From Bdellovibrionota bacterium (GTDB lineage: Bacteria; Bdellovibrionota_C; UBA2361; JAAYZI01), in the NCBI GenBank assembly GCA_050950765.1, contig JBMNIF010000002.1:512001-576000 (forward strand): a stretch of DNA of 64,000 bases. Reading direction: 5' to 3'. The notes beneath the pieces were generated by a model. That model saw nothing but the letters and a program-made list of their open reading frames with translations. It was not told the DNA's origin and did not search any database. Each line of letters opens with the position of its first letter. The first letter of the stretch is position 1. Shown one piece after another: positions 9,011 to 19,962 of the stretch. A program made the position numbers and the translations under genes.

Positions 9011-11467
9011 ATGGAAGATTTAACAAAGCCGAAATATTTACAAAGTTTAAACGCCCCACAACTTGAAGCTGTACAACACGTCAACGGTCCAATCCTCGTC
9101 TTAGCAGGTGCCGGTAGTGGTAAAACCCGTGTTTTGACACACCGCATTGCACATTTAATCTTAGCCCATAACGTCAGACCGACCAACATCTTAGCTGTAA
9201 CGTTTACCAACAAAGCGGCAAACGAGATGAAAGAGCGCTTAAAATCTCTTTTGGGGGATGCTGCTAATAGGTTATGGGTAGCGACCTTTCATTCAACGTG
9301 CTTAAGAATTCTTAGACAACACGCCTCCCTCCTCTCCTATCCGAGTAATTTCGTTGTTTATGATGATAACGATAGTAAACACCTCATTAAGCGGGTTATG
9401 TGCGAGCTGCGTATTGATGAGAAGAAAACACCCGCCAACTCCCTTTCTTCACTAATAAGTCGTGCAAAAAACGATTATGTTAGCGCTGAAGAGTTTGCAA
9501 AGGAGGCGGCAGGTCTTACACTAACAACTGCGGCTGAAGTTTATCAACGGTATCAAGAATCCTTAATGGCAGCCGGAGCGATGGACTTCGACGATCTCTT
9601 AACGAATACAGTCACTCTCTTTTCTAAACATCCTGAAGTTCTTGATATTTTTAGGCACTTCTTACACTACATCTTAGTAGATGAGTTTCAAGATACTAAT
9701 AGAGTTCAATACCTCTTTATTAAACAACTAACAGAGCCACGCCGTAATATCTTTGTTGTCGGTGATGACGATCAATCCATCTACGCCTTTAGAGGAGCAA
9801 ATCCAGAAAATATCCTCGCTTTTGAAAAGGATTTTCTAGGCACTAAGGTGGTTACCCTTGAGCAAAATTACCGTTCAACACAAACTATTTTAGAAGCTGC
9901 CTACGCCGTCATTTCAAGAAACACCGACCGCAAAGAAAAGAAACTTTGGACTTCAAAGGGTGCGGGGAGTCAGATCACTTCTTTTGTTGGTTTCGATGAA
10001 GATCAGGAGGGCGACTTTATTGCAAAAGAGATAGCAACTTTAAAGCTCTCAGGCAGATCGTTCTCAGAGGTAGCTATCTTTTATCGTACCAACGCTCAGT
10101 CTCGTGCTTTGGAAGAGGCGCTACTCCGTCACCGTATCCCATATAGAATTTATGGCGGCTTAAAGTTCTATGAACGTAAGGAGATTAAAGATATCTTAGC
10201 TTATTTAAAACTGATAGCGAACGATCTTGATTCGCAATCTTTTCTCCGTGCGATCAACACCCCTCCACGGGGGATCGGTGCTCAAACTTTACAAAAAATC
10301 GCTCAAAAAGCAGAAGAAGAAAAGATCTCCCTTTGGCAGGCAGCTGTGGAGCTCCGTTATAATATCCCTAAGGTTAACGATTTCGTCACACTAATTGAAG
10401 AATTAAAAACTCTTTCAAAGCGGGCAGAGCTTGGCAAACTTATAACAGAGGTTATAAAACGTACCGGTTATGAAGAGAGGCTAAGGGCATTAAAAGAGAT
10501 CGGGAACGACTCTAGGATTGAAAACTTGCGCGAGTTAATCTCCATAGGAAATACAACAGCAGCTTCTGGAGAAACTCCGGAATCAGCCTTACAAACCTTT
10601 CTTGATAAAGTATCACTAACAGCAAGTGATGATCTCTCTACCGATGAGAAGAAACAACTTTTATCAGGAAATAACGTCAAGGTTGATGCTGTCTCATTGA
10701 TGACGTTGCACTTAGCTAAAGGGTTAGAATTTCCCGTTGTGTTTTTAACGGGCATGGAAGAAGGTCTCCTTCCACATTACCGTTCATTAGAATCTGAAGA
10801 TGAAGTAGCAGAGGAGCGTCGTCTCTGTTATGTCGGTATTACACGAGCAAAACAGATCCTCTATTTAACTCGAGCTGCTATACGTGGCATGTTCTCAGCA
10901 GGCGGAGGGTTGAGCTCTGCAACAAATAGCCGCTACCGTATGGTCAGCCGATTTTTTAATGATATCCCCCCTCAATATTTAAACGATAGAAGCACCTTCC
11001 AAGAAGATGAAGATCAACCCTTCGCTAAAGAGACAATAAACACCCCGAGGCAGAGGTCTCGTTTTAATAGCTATTACGAAAACGATGAATATGACCAAAG
11101 TGAAAGCGGCACTACCTTCACTCAAAAGAGAAACCGTTCGGCGACACCCCGTTACAACAAAGTGTTAACGGAGGAAGGATCTCCTCTGCCGCCAACCTTA
11201 ATGCAGAAGTTATCAGGAAATATCTCTATTGCAGATCAAGCACTAGATCTCCCCACGGATGCTCCATTGTTACGAGACCACCCTGAAAAGTTGGTGGTCG
11301 GTCTCTCTGTTTTACACTCAAACTTCGGTCGCGGTAGGATTATTTCAATTAATGAACCTGCCTCTAAAGACCCTAATAAGACAAAGTTAAGGATCTTATT
11401 TGATAATTACGAAAAAGAAAAAACTTTACTACTCGGCAAAGCACGTTTAGCAATCGTAGAAGCGTAG
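9011..11467 (+). CDS. pcrA: SF1 DNA helicase UvrD/PcrA
   Basis: AGAGSGKTRVLT, TFTNKAA, VDEFQDTN, VGDDDQSIYAFRGA, NYRS, MTLHLAKGLEF, EERRLCYVGITRA; C-terminal Tudor-like V.H..FG.G. Confidence 0.96.
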   Translation: MEDLTKPKYLQSLNAPQLEAVQHVNGPILVLAGAGSGKTRVLTHRIAHLILAHNVRPTNILAVTFTNKAANEMKERLKSLLGDAANRLWVATFHSTCLRILRQHASLLSYPSNFVVYDDNDSKHLIKRVMCELRIDEKKTPANSLSSLISRAKNDYVSAEEFAKEAAGLTLTTAAEVYQRYQESLMAAGAMDFDDLLTNTVTLFSKHPEVLDIFRHFLHYILVDEFQDTNRVQYLFIKQLTEPRRNIFVVGDDDQSIYAFRGANPENILAFEKDFLGTKVVTLEQNYRSTQTILEAAYAVISRNTDRKEKKLWTSKGAGSQITSFVGFDEDQEGDFIAKEIATLKLSGRSFSEVAIFYRTNAQSRALEEALLRHRIPYRIYGGLKFYERKEIKDILAYLKLIANDLDSQSFLRAINTPPRGIGAQTLQKIAQKAEEEKISLWQAAVELRYNIPKVNDFVTLIEELKTLSKRAELGKLITEVIKRTGYEERLRALKEIGNDSRIENLRELISIGNTTAASGETPESALQTFLDKVSLTASDDLSTDEKKQLLSGNNVKVDAVSLMTLHLAKGLEFPVVFLTGMEEGLLPHYRSLESEDEVAEERRLCYVGITRAKQILYLTRAAIRGMFSAGGGLSSATNSRYRMVSRFFNDIPPQYLNDRSTFQEDEDQPFAKETINTPRQRSRFNSYYENDEYDQSESGTTFTQKRNRSATPRYNKVLTEEGSPLPPTLMQKLSGNISIADQALDLPTDAPLLRDHPEKLVVGLSVLHSNFGRGRIISINEPASKDPNKTKLRILFDNYEKEKTLLLGKARLAIVEA

Positions 11468-11613
11468 ACGTTTTTTCCTCACCTCTAAACGTAGCCTTTT
11501 TCCTAATTTCAGGAGTGTAAATTTCTCTTCCCAATCTCCAAGTATATGTGCTTTTTTGGAATAAATTTTCTTAATCCTACGCTCTCTTCTGATAGTGTCA
11601 AAAAACTTACAGA

Positions 11614-12126
11614 TTAAGTCTTTTTCTCTTTAACTATGGTATTCGCTGGAGTGATCTTTTTAAGGTCAATAATAACTTTTTGAATATAGGTAGCAAGAGC
11701 TTGTGGGTTTCCGATATTGCGGCAGAACATCTCTTCAAAACCAGTAGCCGCCGTAGAGAGTGACAAGGTACCGTAATTAAAGATACGCCCAAGGATCGTT
11801 TGGTAAACTCTACTTTCTCTAATATCAACATATTTAAGTGTCATTCGATTGTACCTAAAAGAAAGTCTACCACCGAAATGCGTGATATCTGTCGGTGTCA
11901 ACGTATAAAGATCATTATAATAACGTCTAACCATCTCTAAGAGCCACAAGATACAGATCACTTTATATATTACGGTAAAACGATATCCAAATAAGGTGGT
12001 GGTGGTATAGACTATAATAATCCGCACAAATAGAAGTGGTAGGACAACTTTAAGGTATGTAATAAATAGAGCAACTACGGACGGTCTCACAGAAAACGTT
12101 TGAGGAGTATCTTCAAAATCTGTCAT
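11614..12126 (-). CDS. Membrane protein with bacterial PH domain (bPH_2/YdbS-like)
   Basis: Two TM segments followed by Y.LT...I..., V.QT.LGRIFNYGTL.LSTA. Confidence 0.75.
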   Translation of the reverse strand: MTDFEDTPQTFSVRPSVVALFITYLKVVLPLLFVRIIIVYTTTTLFGYRFTVIYKVICILWLLEMVRRYYNDLYTLTPTDITHFGGRLSFRYNRMTLKYVDIRESRVYQTILGRIFNYGTLSLSTAATGFEEMFCRNIGNPQALATYIQKVIIDLKKITPANTIVKEKKT

Positions 12127-12229
12127 GATGTTTTTCTCTATAATAATTTTTATCGAAAAATAGCGCTCAATAAAAAAGACGCTCCCCAGTTTGACGGATT
12201 ACCCGAATTTAAGCAATCTCTGATCGTTT

Positions 12230-15200
12230 CTAAAAAACACCTCCGTAAGCCGTTATAATCTCTCCCCACGGAGTTTTTGATTGAGAAATTTCAGCTGGAT
12301 CTCCGTTAAAAATCACCTTTCCGCCACTTTCTCCCGATCCAAGCCCAAGTTCAACCAAATGATCACACCCTAAAATAAAATCCCTATCGTGCTCTATCAC
12401 TAAAACAGAGTGCCCCTGCGCCGTTAAACGTCTAAGGATCTTTATCAATCGTCCTACATCAAAACGGTGCAGCCCTGTGGTCGGCTCGTCAAGAATATAC
12501 AAAACACGCCCTTTACGCCTCTTTGAAAGTTCAGAAACAAGCTTTAACCTCTGACTCTCTCCACCTGAAAGGGTGACACTACTCTGCCCTAAGGAGAGAT
12601 AACCGAGACCTATCTCACAAGCAGTGTGTAGGATGTGGTTAATTTTATAATGATTGGCAAATAATACAGATGCCTCTTCTAACGTCATCTTTAAAACATC
12701 TACGATATTACGCTCCAAGAAACGAACTGATTTAACCTCCTCCGAAAAGCGATCTCCGTGACAATCTTCACACTCAATTGTGGCATCAGCCAGAAAACTC
12801 ATCTTCAATTTAATATCACCACGCCCTTCACAAGTTTTGCACCGCCCCTTACCGGTATTGTAAGAGAAGAACGAGGCATCCCAACCACGAGCTTGAGCTT
12901 CGATAGTTTTTGCAAAAAGACGTCTAATCTCATTCAAAATGCCGAGATACGAAGCAGGTGTTGAACGGGGATTAGCACCGATCGGTTTCTGATCAACCGT
13001 TACGATCCGTTCAAGCGCAGAGCCTAAAGTTATGACCGTATCTCCATATTTAAATCTAGATCTATCAGCGGAAGATGCGCCGTTCTCTAAAACCTCTTTA
13101 ACAATACCGTTTACAAGCGAGCTCTTTCCCGCTCCAGAAACACCAGCGATCGTAACAAAAGATTCAAGTGGAAAAGTTAAATTAAGGTCGTGAATATTAT
13201 TTTTATTACCGTTACTGATAGTAAGCACAGGCTTCTCTTTTTTATCCGCAGTCACTTCACATTCAGGAACGATCTCCCCCCTTAAAGCAGCAGCTGTAAT
13301 AGATTTTTTACTTTTAATAAATTGTGCAAGTGGTAACGACTCTACTATCTTCCCACCATTACGCCCCGCTTCAGGACCAACATCGATAACGTGATCAGCC
13401 GTTAAAATACTCTCCTCATCATGCTCAATCACAATAACCGAATTACCGTTATCTTTTAGACGCTGCATCTCTTTTAAAACTTTACGATTATCATAAGGGT
13501 GTAATCCGGCGCTCGGTTCATCAAAGATATATAAAACTCCACTAAGTGGAGAGCCCATCGCTGTCGCCAGTCTTAAACGTTGCAACTCTCCACTTGAAAG
13601 GGTTGAGCAGTCTCTATCAAGTGTTAAATAATCAAGCCCAAGAGAGATAAGGGCATCAAGCTTTGCAAAAAGTTCACGCAAAATATTTTCTTTAATAAGG
13701 GTAGCTGCTGCATTGAATTGAAAATCAGAGAGGAATGCTTTTAATTTTGAAGGTGTCAGTAAACAGGCTTGATGAATATTTTTTTCACCTAACCTTAAAT
13801 TAGCAGCAACACTGTTGATGCGTGCACCGTTACAACTTTTACAAACATTGCCGTGTTCGTCCTGACCATATCCGCCACAAGTTGGACACACACCACGCTT
13901 TGAATTAAAGGAGAGGTCTTCGGGGTCAGCTTTAAAAAAACCCCGCTTACAGATAGGACAAGTCCTTTCCGTAGAATAGATCGTATCCTTTCCGTCATAA
14001 ACGATTAAAGTACCGTTCCCAAGACTTAGCGCTTGTGTAACGCACTCTCTGATCACCTCAAAAGGTATTTTTTTAGGATCAAACGATCCCACAACGTATT
14101 CTATGGTGTGTGGTTTAGTTTTTGATAAATCATCTACAACTGAAGATGCTTTTACAAAGACGTTATCAACTCGCACTTCGTTTAAATCAATAGCAACAGC
14201 ACGTTCCAGCACACCACGATGCGCCCCTTTTTTCTGTTTTATAACAGGTGCTAGAACTTTAATCCGATCTTTGTACCCCATCACCTCGCGAGCGATATCT
14301 TCCGCTTCTAACGGCGAAATACGGCGATCTGGATGATCTGGACAATACTGTAACGCCGTTTTTGCATATAAGAGGCGTAGATAATTATAAGCTTCAGACA
14401 TACTTGCTATTGTAGAAAGGCGTGACGGTTGAAAGGTGTGTTGATATACACAAACTGTCGGCAAGATATTTGAAATACTACTTACATCTGGACGTTTTAA
14501 TTCCTTAATAAATTGTCGTGCATAAGGAGAAAGACAATCAAGATAACGTCTCTGCCCCTCCGCATATAAGATATCTTTTGCAATGGAAGATTTTCCGGAA
14601 CCAGAAACCCCACATAACGCCACTATCTTATTTAACGGGATATCGATATCAATATTTTGCAGGTTATGCTCCTTAGCTCCTCTAATACCGATAAAAGCAG
14701 GTGCTTCAAACTTCTGCTTAACTTTCTTTAATGCTTTACTCTTTTTGCAATGACTCTCGTTACAATCGGTATTGTTATGATCGTTATAAAAACGGCGTAA
14801 ATGTTGTGCCGTTAAAGAAGGTGGCTCTTCATCTTGCACAAAATCTAACGGAGTCCCCACCCTCACCACCTCTCCACCGTGTTCACCCGCTGCAGGCCCC
14901 AGATCGATAATCCAATCTGCAGCAGAGATAAGACTTAAGTTGTGCTCCACTACCAATAAAGAGTGACCGCGATCACGCAAAGTATAAAAAAGCTCAATTA
15001 ACCTACTTACATCCTTATTGTGCAGACCTGTTGTCGGCTCATCAAAGATTAAAAGCGAGTGGCTCTGATCTGTTTTTTGTAAAAATGGAATGAGTTTTAA
15101 ACGTTGAGCTTCACCCCCTGAAAGTTCACTTAAGGGGTGTCCCAAACTTAAATGCCCCAAACCTAAAGTTTCCAACATTTCACACGTTTGCCAGATAGCA

Positions 15201-17623
15201 AAGTCTTCTTTAAAAAATTCTTTACAGGTGCTGACCGTCATCTGCAGAAAATCATCAACATTTTTACCTTTATATTGAACCTCTAAAACTATCTCTTTAA
15301 ATCTCTTACCGAGACAACTTTCACACGGCAGATAAACATCACTTAAAAACTGCATATCTTCTCTGACAAATCCAGCACCTTTACAAGCAGGGCATCTGCC
15401 TCCATCAACGTTAAAAGAGAAAGCTGACTTAGAGAGTTTGCGAATTTGCGCATCTTCCGTAGCTGCTAAGACACTTCTAATAGTCTCCCAGATCTTACAA
15501 TAAGTGGCGATATTAGCGCGTGGTGCTTTAGTCAGTGCTGATTGATCAACTAAAAAGAGGCGGTCTATACCTTCAAAACCTTCAACTTTAGTAAAAGACG
15601 GCAAACCGTTCTGCAAAGCTTCGTACTCATACTTAATAACTTCCTGTACTAACGTACTTTTGCCACTTCCAGAAACGCCGCTAATACAAACAAAAGCTTG
15701 TAACGGTATTTCAAGATCAATATCTTTTAAATTTCTTGCGCTTGCTCCCTTAATCTTTAACGTTTTTTCGAAGGGTGTAATTTTTTTCTGAAAATGTAAA
15801 AGTTCTCCGATAGAAGAGCTCCACTCAGAAGCACTTCCACAATAAACAACCTCTCCGCCCTTTTCTCCACCTTCCGGTCCAAGCTCTATAATATTATCAG
15901 CCGCCGCAATACAATCCGGATCGTGCTCCACAAGTAAGACGCTATTACCACGCCTCTGCAACTCTCTAATAGAATCAAGTAATCTATCAGTATCGTGCGG
16001 ATGTAATCCGACCGAAGGTTCATCCAGCACAAATTGAGTTGAGGTCAGGTGGCTGCCGAGAGCAGTTACAAGATTAACACGTTGAGTCTCTCCGCCGGAA
16101 AGGGTTCGCGCCTGCCTATCCAGTGTTAAATACGATAGCCCTAATTTTGAAAGAAGAGAGACACGGCTGATAACACCTTCAAAAACATCATTCAGATAAC
16201 GGCTATCACCTGCCCGTGAAAGCACATCAGAAGACGTTGTTTGCAGATAAGTACTGTGCAAATTTTTTAACCAGATAAGTAGTTTTTCTATGGAGAGACT
16301 CCAAAGGTCTGAAATACAGACACCGTTAATGCGGTACGCTAAGGCTTCACGACGTAAACGGGTACCGTTACAAGAGGGGCATATCATCTCCGTTCTATAA
16401 CGTGCCAAGAAAACACGTACGTGCATCTTATAACTTTTTCGTTCTACCTTTTTAAACCAAGTTCTAAGACCGAGATAGCTTTTTGATTTCGCATCAAAGA
16501 TTAGGTCCCGTTCATGCTGCGCCAGATCTTTCCAAGCAACTTTTGTTGAAATACCGTTTTCTTTACAAAACGTCAGGAGTTTTAAGTAATACCGTCTTGT
16601 TGATGGCGTACTCCAACACTGCACCGCCCCTTCTTCAATGGTGAGGTTGTGATCGGGAACACACTTAAGGGGATCCACAGTTAAAATTTTTCCAAAACCT
16701 TGACACTTGGCACAACTACCATTTGGATGATTATATGAGAAAAGAGAGGGTTGTGCATTCGGCAATACAACCTCTCCCTCCGTACAACGTGGATGGTTGT
16801 AAAAATAGTGGGTTTCTAAGGGAGACTTATCTAGATTTTTTTGTGCTTTATTATTTACAATGCGTAAGAACGGTCTGTAATTTTGTACGATCTCTGCTAT
16901 AACAACCGTACCGTGCGCAATACCGAAAGCTTGCTCCAAAGAATCTTGCACCTGTTTAGCAGAAAAGTTATTGGGTCTTATTCTATCCAGTAATAAGAGA
17001 AAGTTATTACCGTTTGCCTTTAAGTTAAGATCATTCAGATCTTCCAGATGTAAAATATCTGCACTAGCAACATCAATACACCGACTAAAACCGAGTGTGA
17101 TAAGGCGCTCAACCTCTTTTTTAAACTGTTTTTTATCACTGCTAAGAAAGGGGGTGCAGATATAGAAAGTGCTCTCTGGCTTTAACTTTTGCCACTTACA
17201 CAACAACTCCGTCAGATCTGCACTACTTTTACCTTCCAACTCAATGCCGCATTCAAGACAGTACGGCTTTGCCAAATTAGCCCAAAGGATCTTTAAATAA
17301 TCAATGATATCTGTCATCGAACCAACGGTCGATCTTGAACTGGTAACCTTAGTGCGCTGCTGAATAGCGATAGCAGCCCTGACATTTTTCAACATGTCCA
17401 CATCAGGCTTTTTAATCTTATCTAAAAATTGTCTAGTATACGGGGAAAATGTTTCAATAAAGCGTCTCTGCCCTTCTGCAAAAACGGTATCAAACGCCAG
17501 TGATGATTTGCCTGATCCGGAAAGCCCCGTTACAACGGTTAAGGTATCGTGCTCAATCTCAAGGTTTAGGTGTTTGAGGTTGTTTTCATGCGCATTTATG
17601 ATCTTAAGAGAGTGTGTATCCAA
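12230..17623 (-). CDS. uvrA: Excinuclease ABC subunit A, tandem-fused double-length form
   Basis: Two complete UvrA units: four Walker A motifs (GLSGSGKSS, GVSGSGKST, GVSGSGKSS, GVSGAGKSS), AEGQRR twice, four LSGGE/LSSGE signatures, DEP motifs, zinc-finger CxxC pairs. Confidence 0.95.
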   Translation of the reverse strand: MDTHSLKIINAHENNLKHLNLEIEHDTLTVVTGLSGSGKSSLAFDTVFAEGQRRFIETFSPYTRQFLDKIKKPDVDMLKNVRAAIAIQQRTKVTSSRSTVGSMTDIIDYLKILWANLAKPYCLECGIELEGKSSADLTELLCKWQKLKPESTFYICTPFLSSDKKQFKKEVERLITLGFSRCIDVASADILHLEDLNDLNLKANGNNFLLLLDRIRPNNFSAKQVQDSLEQAFGIAHGTVVIAEIVQNYRPFLRIVNNKAQKNLDKSPLETHYFYNHPRCTEGEVVLPNAQPSLFSYNHPNGSCAKCQGFGKILTVDPLKCVPDHNLTIEEGAVQCWSTPSTRRYYLKLLTFCKENGISTKVAWKDLAQHERDLIFDAKSKSYLGLRTWFKKVERKSYKMHVRVFLARYRTEMICPSCNGTRLRREALAYRINGVCISDLWSLSIEKLLIWLKNLHSTYLQTTSSDVLSRAGDSRYLNDVFEGVISRVSLLSKLGLSYLTLDRQARTLSGGETQRVNLVTALGSHLTSTQFVLDEPSVGLHPHDTDRLLDSIRELQRRGNSVLLVEHDPDCIAAADNIIELGPEGGEKGGEVVYCGSASEWSSSIGELLHFQKKITPFEKTLKIKGASARNLKDIDLEIPLQAFVCISGVSGSGKSTLVQEVIKYEYEALQNGLPSFTKVEGFEGIDRLFLVDQSALTKAPRANIATYCKIWETIRSVLAATEDAQIRKLSKSAFSFNVDGGRCPACKGAGFVREDMQFLSDVYLPCESCLGKRFKEIVLEVQYKGKNVDDFLQMTVSTCKEFFKEDFAIWQTCEMLETLGLGHLSLGHPLSELSGGEAQRLKLIPFLQKTDQSHSLLIFDEPTTGLHNKDVSRLIELFYTLRDRGHSLLVVEHNLSLISAADWIIDLGPAAGEHGGEVVRVGTPLDFVQDEEPPSLTAQHLRRFYNDHNNTDCNESHCKKSKALKKVKQKFEAPAFIGIRGAKEHNLQNIDIDIPLNKIVALCGVSGSGKSSIAKDILYAEGQRRYLDCLSPYARQFIKELKRPDVSSISNILPTVCVYQHTFQPSRLSTIASMSEAYNYLRLLYAKTALQYCPDHPDRRISPLEAEDIAREVMGYKDRIKVLAPVIKQKKGAHRGVLERAVAIDLNEVRVDNVFVKASSVVDDLSKTKPHTIEYVVGSFDPKKIPFEVIRECVTQALSLGNGTLIVYDGKDTIYSTERTCPICKRGFFKADPEDLSFNSKRGVCPTCGGYGQDEHGNVCKSCNGARINSVAANLRLGEKNIHQACLLTPSKLKAFLSDFQFNAAATLIKENILRELFAKLDALISLGLDYLTLDRDCSTLSSGELQRLRLATAMGSPLSGVLYIFDEPSAGLHPYDNRKVLKEMQRLKDNGNSVIVIEHDEESILTADHVIDVGPEAGRNGGKIVESLPLAQFIKSKKSITAAALRGEIVPECEVTADKKEKPVLTISNGNKNNIHDLNLTFPLESFVTIAGVSGAGKSSLVNGIVKEVLENGASSADRSRFKYGDTVITLGSALERIVTVDQKPIGANPRSTPASYLGILNEIRRLFAKTIEAQARGWDASFFSYNTGKGRCKTCEGRGDIKLKMSFLADATIECEDCHGDRFSEEVKSVRFLERNIVDVLKMTLEEASVLFANHYKINHILHTACEIGLGYLSLGQSSVTLSGGESQRLKLVSELSKRRKGRVLYILDEPTTGLHRFDVGRLIKILRRLTAQGHSVLVIEHDRDFILGCDHLVELGLGSGESGGKVIFNGDPAEISQSKTPWGEIITAYGGVF

Positions 17624-17897
17624 GCTTTTATCACCACTTAGAAAAGAACTAATTAGATTAGAAAGTAATCGTCTTTTAAAATAAATTTGAAGCCTCGATC
17701 ATAATCAATAAAAATAAGGCTGTCGAGAGAAGGTGATATCGTTTAACATAAGTAAAACGGATTTTTTTTATAGCCGTTTGCAGCGATCTTAAAAATTGAT
17801 AAAAACCATCTGACTTTTATCATTACTTTTCTAATTTAAAACATTTTAAAAGTATAACTAGCTGCTCATTTTTAATAAATTATCACAGGTAGTTCAG

Positions 17898-19109
17898 ATG
17901 CTTCGTATCTTAAAAATTTTATTTAGCACCATCCTTATTTCAGCTCTACCTATCACCCCTGTAAAAGCTGAAGAATCTCCCTGCGATATCGCACAGAGCG
18001 CTCTTATGAACGCAGCCAAGTTGCGTCACTTGCAGACAAAACAGGAGGTTCCCTGCGCTGTTTGGAGTAGAGAAAAGATTAGGGAGCACCTCTTGCAAAG
18101 AATAGCAGAAGAGATGCCGGGGGATCAGCCTAAGCAGGAAGGAACAATTTTTCGCGCCATCGGCATGATACCTGAAGACTACAACTATGAACGTGAGATT
18201 GTTGAACTCTACACCAGCCAAATTAGTGGATTTTACAATCAAAAAGATAAATATTTTATTATGGTTGATAATGGCGTACAGCAGATGCAGGTCGCTATCC
18301 ACGAACAAACACACGCCATTCAAGATCAGAACTTCGACCTTGAAAAGTTACTAGACCATAAAAAGTTTTCAGGAGATGAGCTTGCCGCTCGTCTGGCTTT
18401 AGTGGAAGGGGATGCTACTGCCGTGATGCTTGACTTTGCAATGCTCTTTAGTTTTACCAGCCTCAGCAAAACTCCAAATGTAACCGGTATTATCTTACAA
18501 AACATTATCGGCACATACTTTATCCCTGCACTACAAGAAGTTCCGCAAAGCATCATCTTAACTATGCTTTTCCCGTACACAAGTGGATTACGTTTTGTTC
18601 ATCATTTTTTATACAACAAGGACTATTCTGAAATTGATAAACTCTATGCAGCACCTCCGAGGTCTACTGAAGAGATCCTGCATCCTGAAAAATACGGCAC
18701 TGCCGCACCTGATTTTAAAGTTTTTTCTGACGCAGATGTTTTAAAGGCTTTTAAGGTATCTGATCAGAAAGCCCTTTATAGCGATGTGATGGGAGAGTTA
18801 GGGATCTCCGCACTATTGCAAAACCTTAAAGCTCCTAACAGCGCCGCTGCTGCCGCAGGTTGGGGTGGAGATAAAGCCGTTCTTTTAGATTCTGATAATA
18901 CAAAAGACACCGTCTTATGGCTTACTGCTTGGGATACGGAAAGAGATGCTGAGGAGTTTTTATCTGCTTATCTAAAAGGACTTGCCAAAACATATCCGAA
19001 TACCTCACCACAACTCGGAAAAAATAAACTTAGTAAACTTAAAACATTGGAACTTAGTAAAGACGGTAAAAATGTGCTGATTACGGTAGAGCTAGAGAGA
19101 TCTTTTTAA
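17898..19109 (+). CDS. Secreted putative neutral zinc metallopeptidase-like protein (Hvo_1808/LpqM-like)
   Basis: Signal peptide; HEQTHAIQDQNFDL (HExxH); ALVEGDAT third ligand; FPY..G..FV, PP.STE.ILHPEKY, AAGWGGD, WDTE.DA.EF. Confidence 0.7.
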   Translation: MLRILKILFSTILISALPITPVKAEESPCDIAQSALMNAAKLRHLQTKQEVPCAVWSREKIREHLLQRIAEEMPGDQPKQEGTIFRAIGMIPEDYNYEREIVELYTSQISGFYNQKDKYFIMVDNGVQQMQVAIHEQTHAIQDQNFDLEKLLDHKKFSGDELAARLALVEGDATAVMLDFAMLFSFTSLSKTPNVTGIILQNIIGTYFIPALQEVPQSIILTMLFPYTSGLRFVHHFLYNKDYSEIDKLYAAPPRSTEEILHPEKYGTAAPDFKVFSDADVLKAFKVSDQKALYSDVMGELGISALLQNLKAPNSAAAAAGWGGDKAVLLDSDNTKDTVLWLTAWDTERDAEEFLSAYLKGLAKTYPNTSPQLGKNKLSKLKTLELSKDGKNVLITVELERSF

Positions 19110-19232
19110 TACTTTTTACTAAAACGCAGCTCGGTAGTAACATTCGATAAAGTGATGGATATTTTATTAGTAGTAAAAAGATCTTTTTAATACTTTTTAC
19201 TAAAACACAGCCGCACTAAAAAAATCGTCTCA

Positions 19233-19895
19233 CTAAACTTTTAAGATCTGTTTTATATAATCAAGGTCGATCTTACTAAAATCGGGGGCAGTTGCTACGG
19301 TCGGTTGTAACATCTCGGCAGTGTGAGATGTCGTAATTCCGATAGCGACCATTCCTGCTGCCTGTGCTGCTTTTAAGCCGAGTAGACTATCTTCAAAAAC
19401 AAGGCAGCACTTTGGAGGAACTTGCAACATTTCAGCTGCTCGTAAAAATATATCAGGAGCAGGCTTTCCGTGTTTAACCTGATCGGCATCAACAACAACA
19501 TTGAAGAGCTCTCTAATCTGCAACCCATCTAAGACCAGATTTACATTTTCTGTCGGCGCTGCAGTTGCCACCGCCATAGGAACTTGGTGCTGCTTTAGAT
19601 CTAAGATCAATTCTTTCAAACCGTTCACAAGAGAGAGGTGCGGCGTATAGATCTCTCTATACAGAACCTCCTTTTCTTCACTCAGTTTTTTCGCTTCTTC
19701 TACCGAAACATCTGGTGAGACGATGTATTGAATTGTCTCCAGATTGGTGCGTCCTGCCAACATTTTATCAAACTCTTCTGCGGAAATGACCTTTTTACGA
19801 CGCAGAGCGAACTCTTGCCACGCTTCTAAGTGATAGCGCATGTCATCTACAATAACGCCATTCATATCAAACAGAACTGCGAATTCTCTATTCAT
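19233..19895 (-). CDS. HAD family phosphatase (beta-phosphoglucomutase/CbbY-like)
   Basis: FDMNGVIVD motif I, GKPAPDIF, VFEDS..G..AA..AGM; ATG at 19895 with SD AAGGAGG. Confidence 0.88.
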   Translation of the reverse strand: MNREFAVLFDMNGVIVDDMRYHLEAWQEFALRRKKVISAEEFDKMLAGRTNLETIQYIVSPDVSVEEAKKLSEEKEVLYREIYTPHLSLVNGLKELILDLKQHQVPMAVATAAPTENVNLVLDGLQIRELFNVVVDADQVKHGKPAPDIFLRAAEMLQVPPKCCLVFEDSLLGLKAAQAAGMVAIGITTSHTAEMLQPTVATAPDFSKIDLDYIKQILKV

Positions 19896-19962
19896 AAGAC
19901 CCTCCTTTTGAGGTAATATCGTAGAAACGTTATTAACTCTCTCTGATAAAGGTAACACACTT

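Noticed and set aside
19098..19211. Mini-CRISPR (33-bp repeat, 48-bp spacer)
   Set aside because: Only two copies, and the first overlaps the upstream stop codon; better explained as a local duplication
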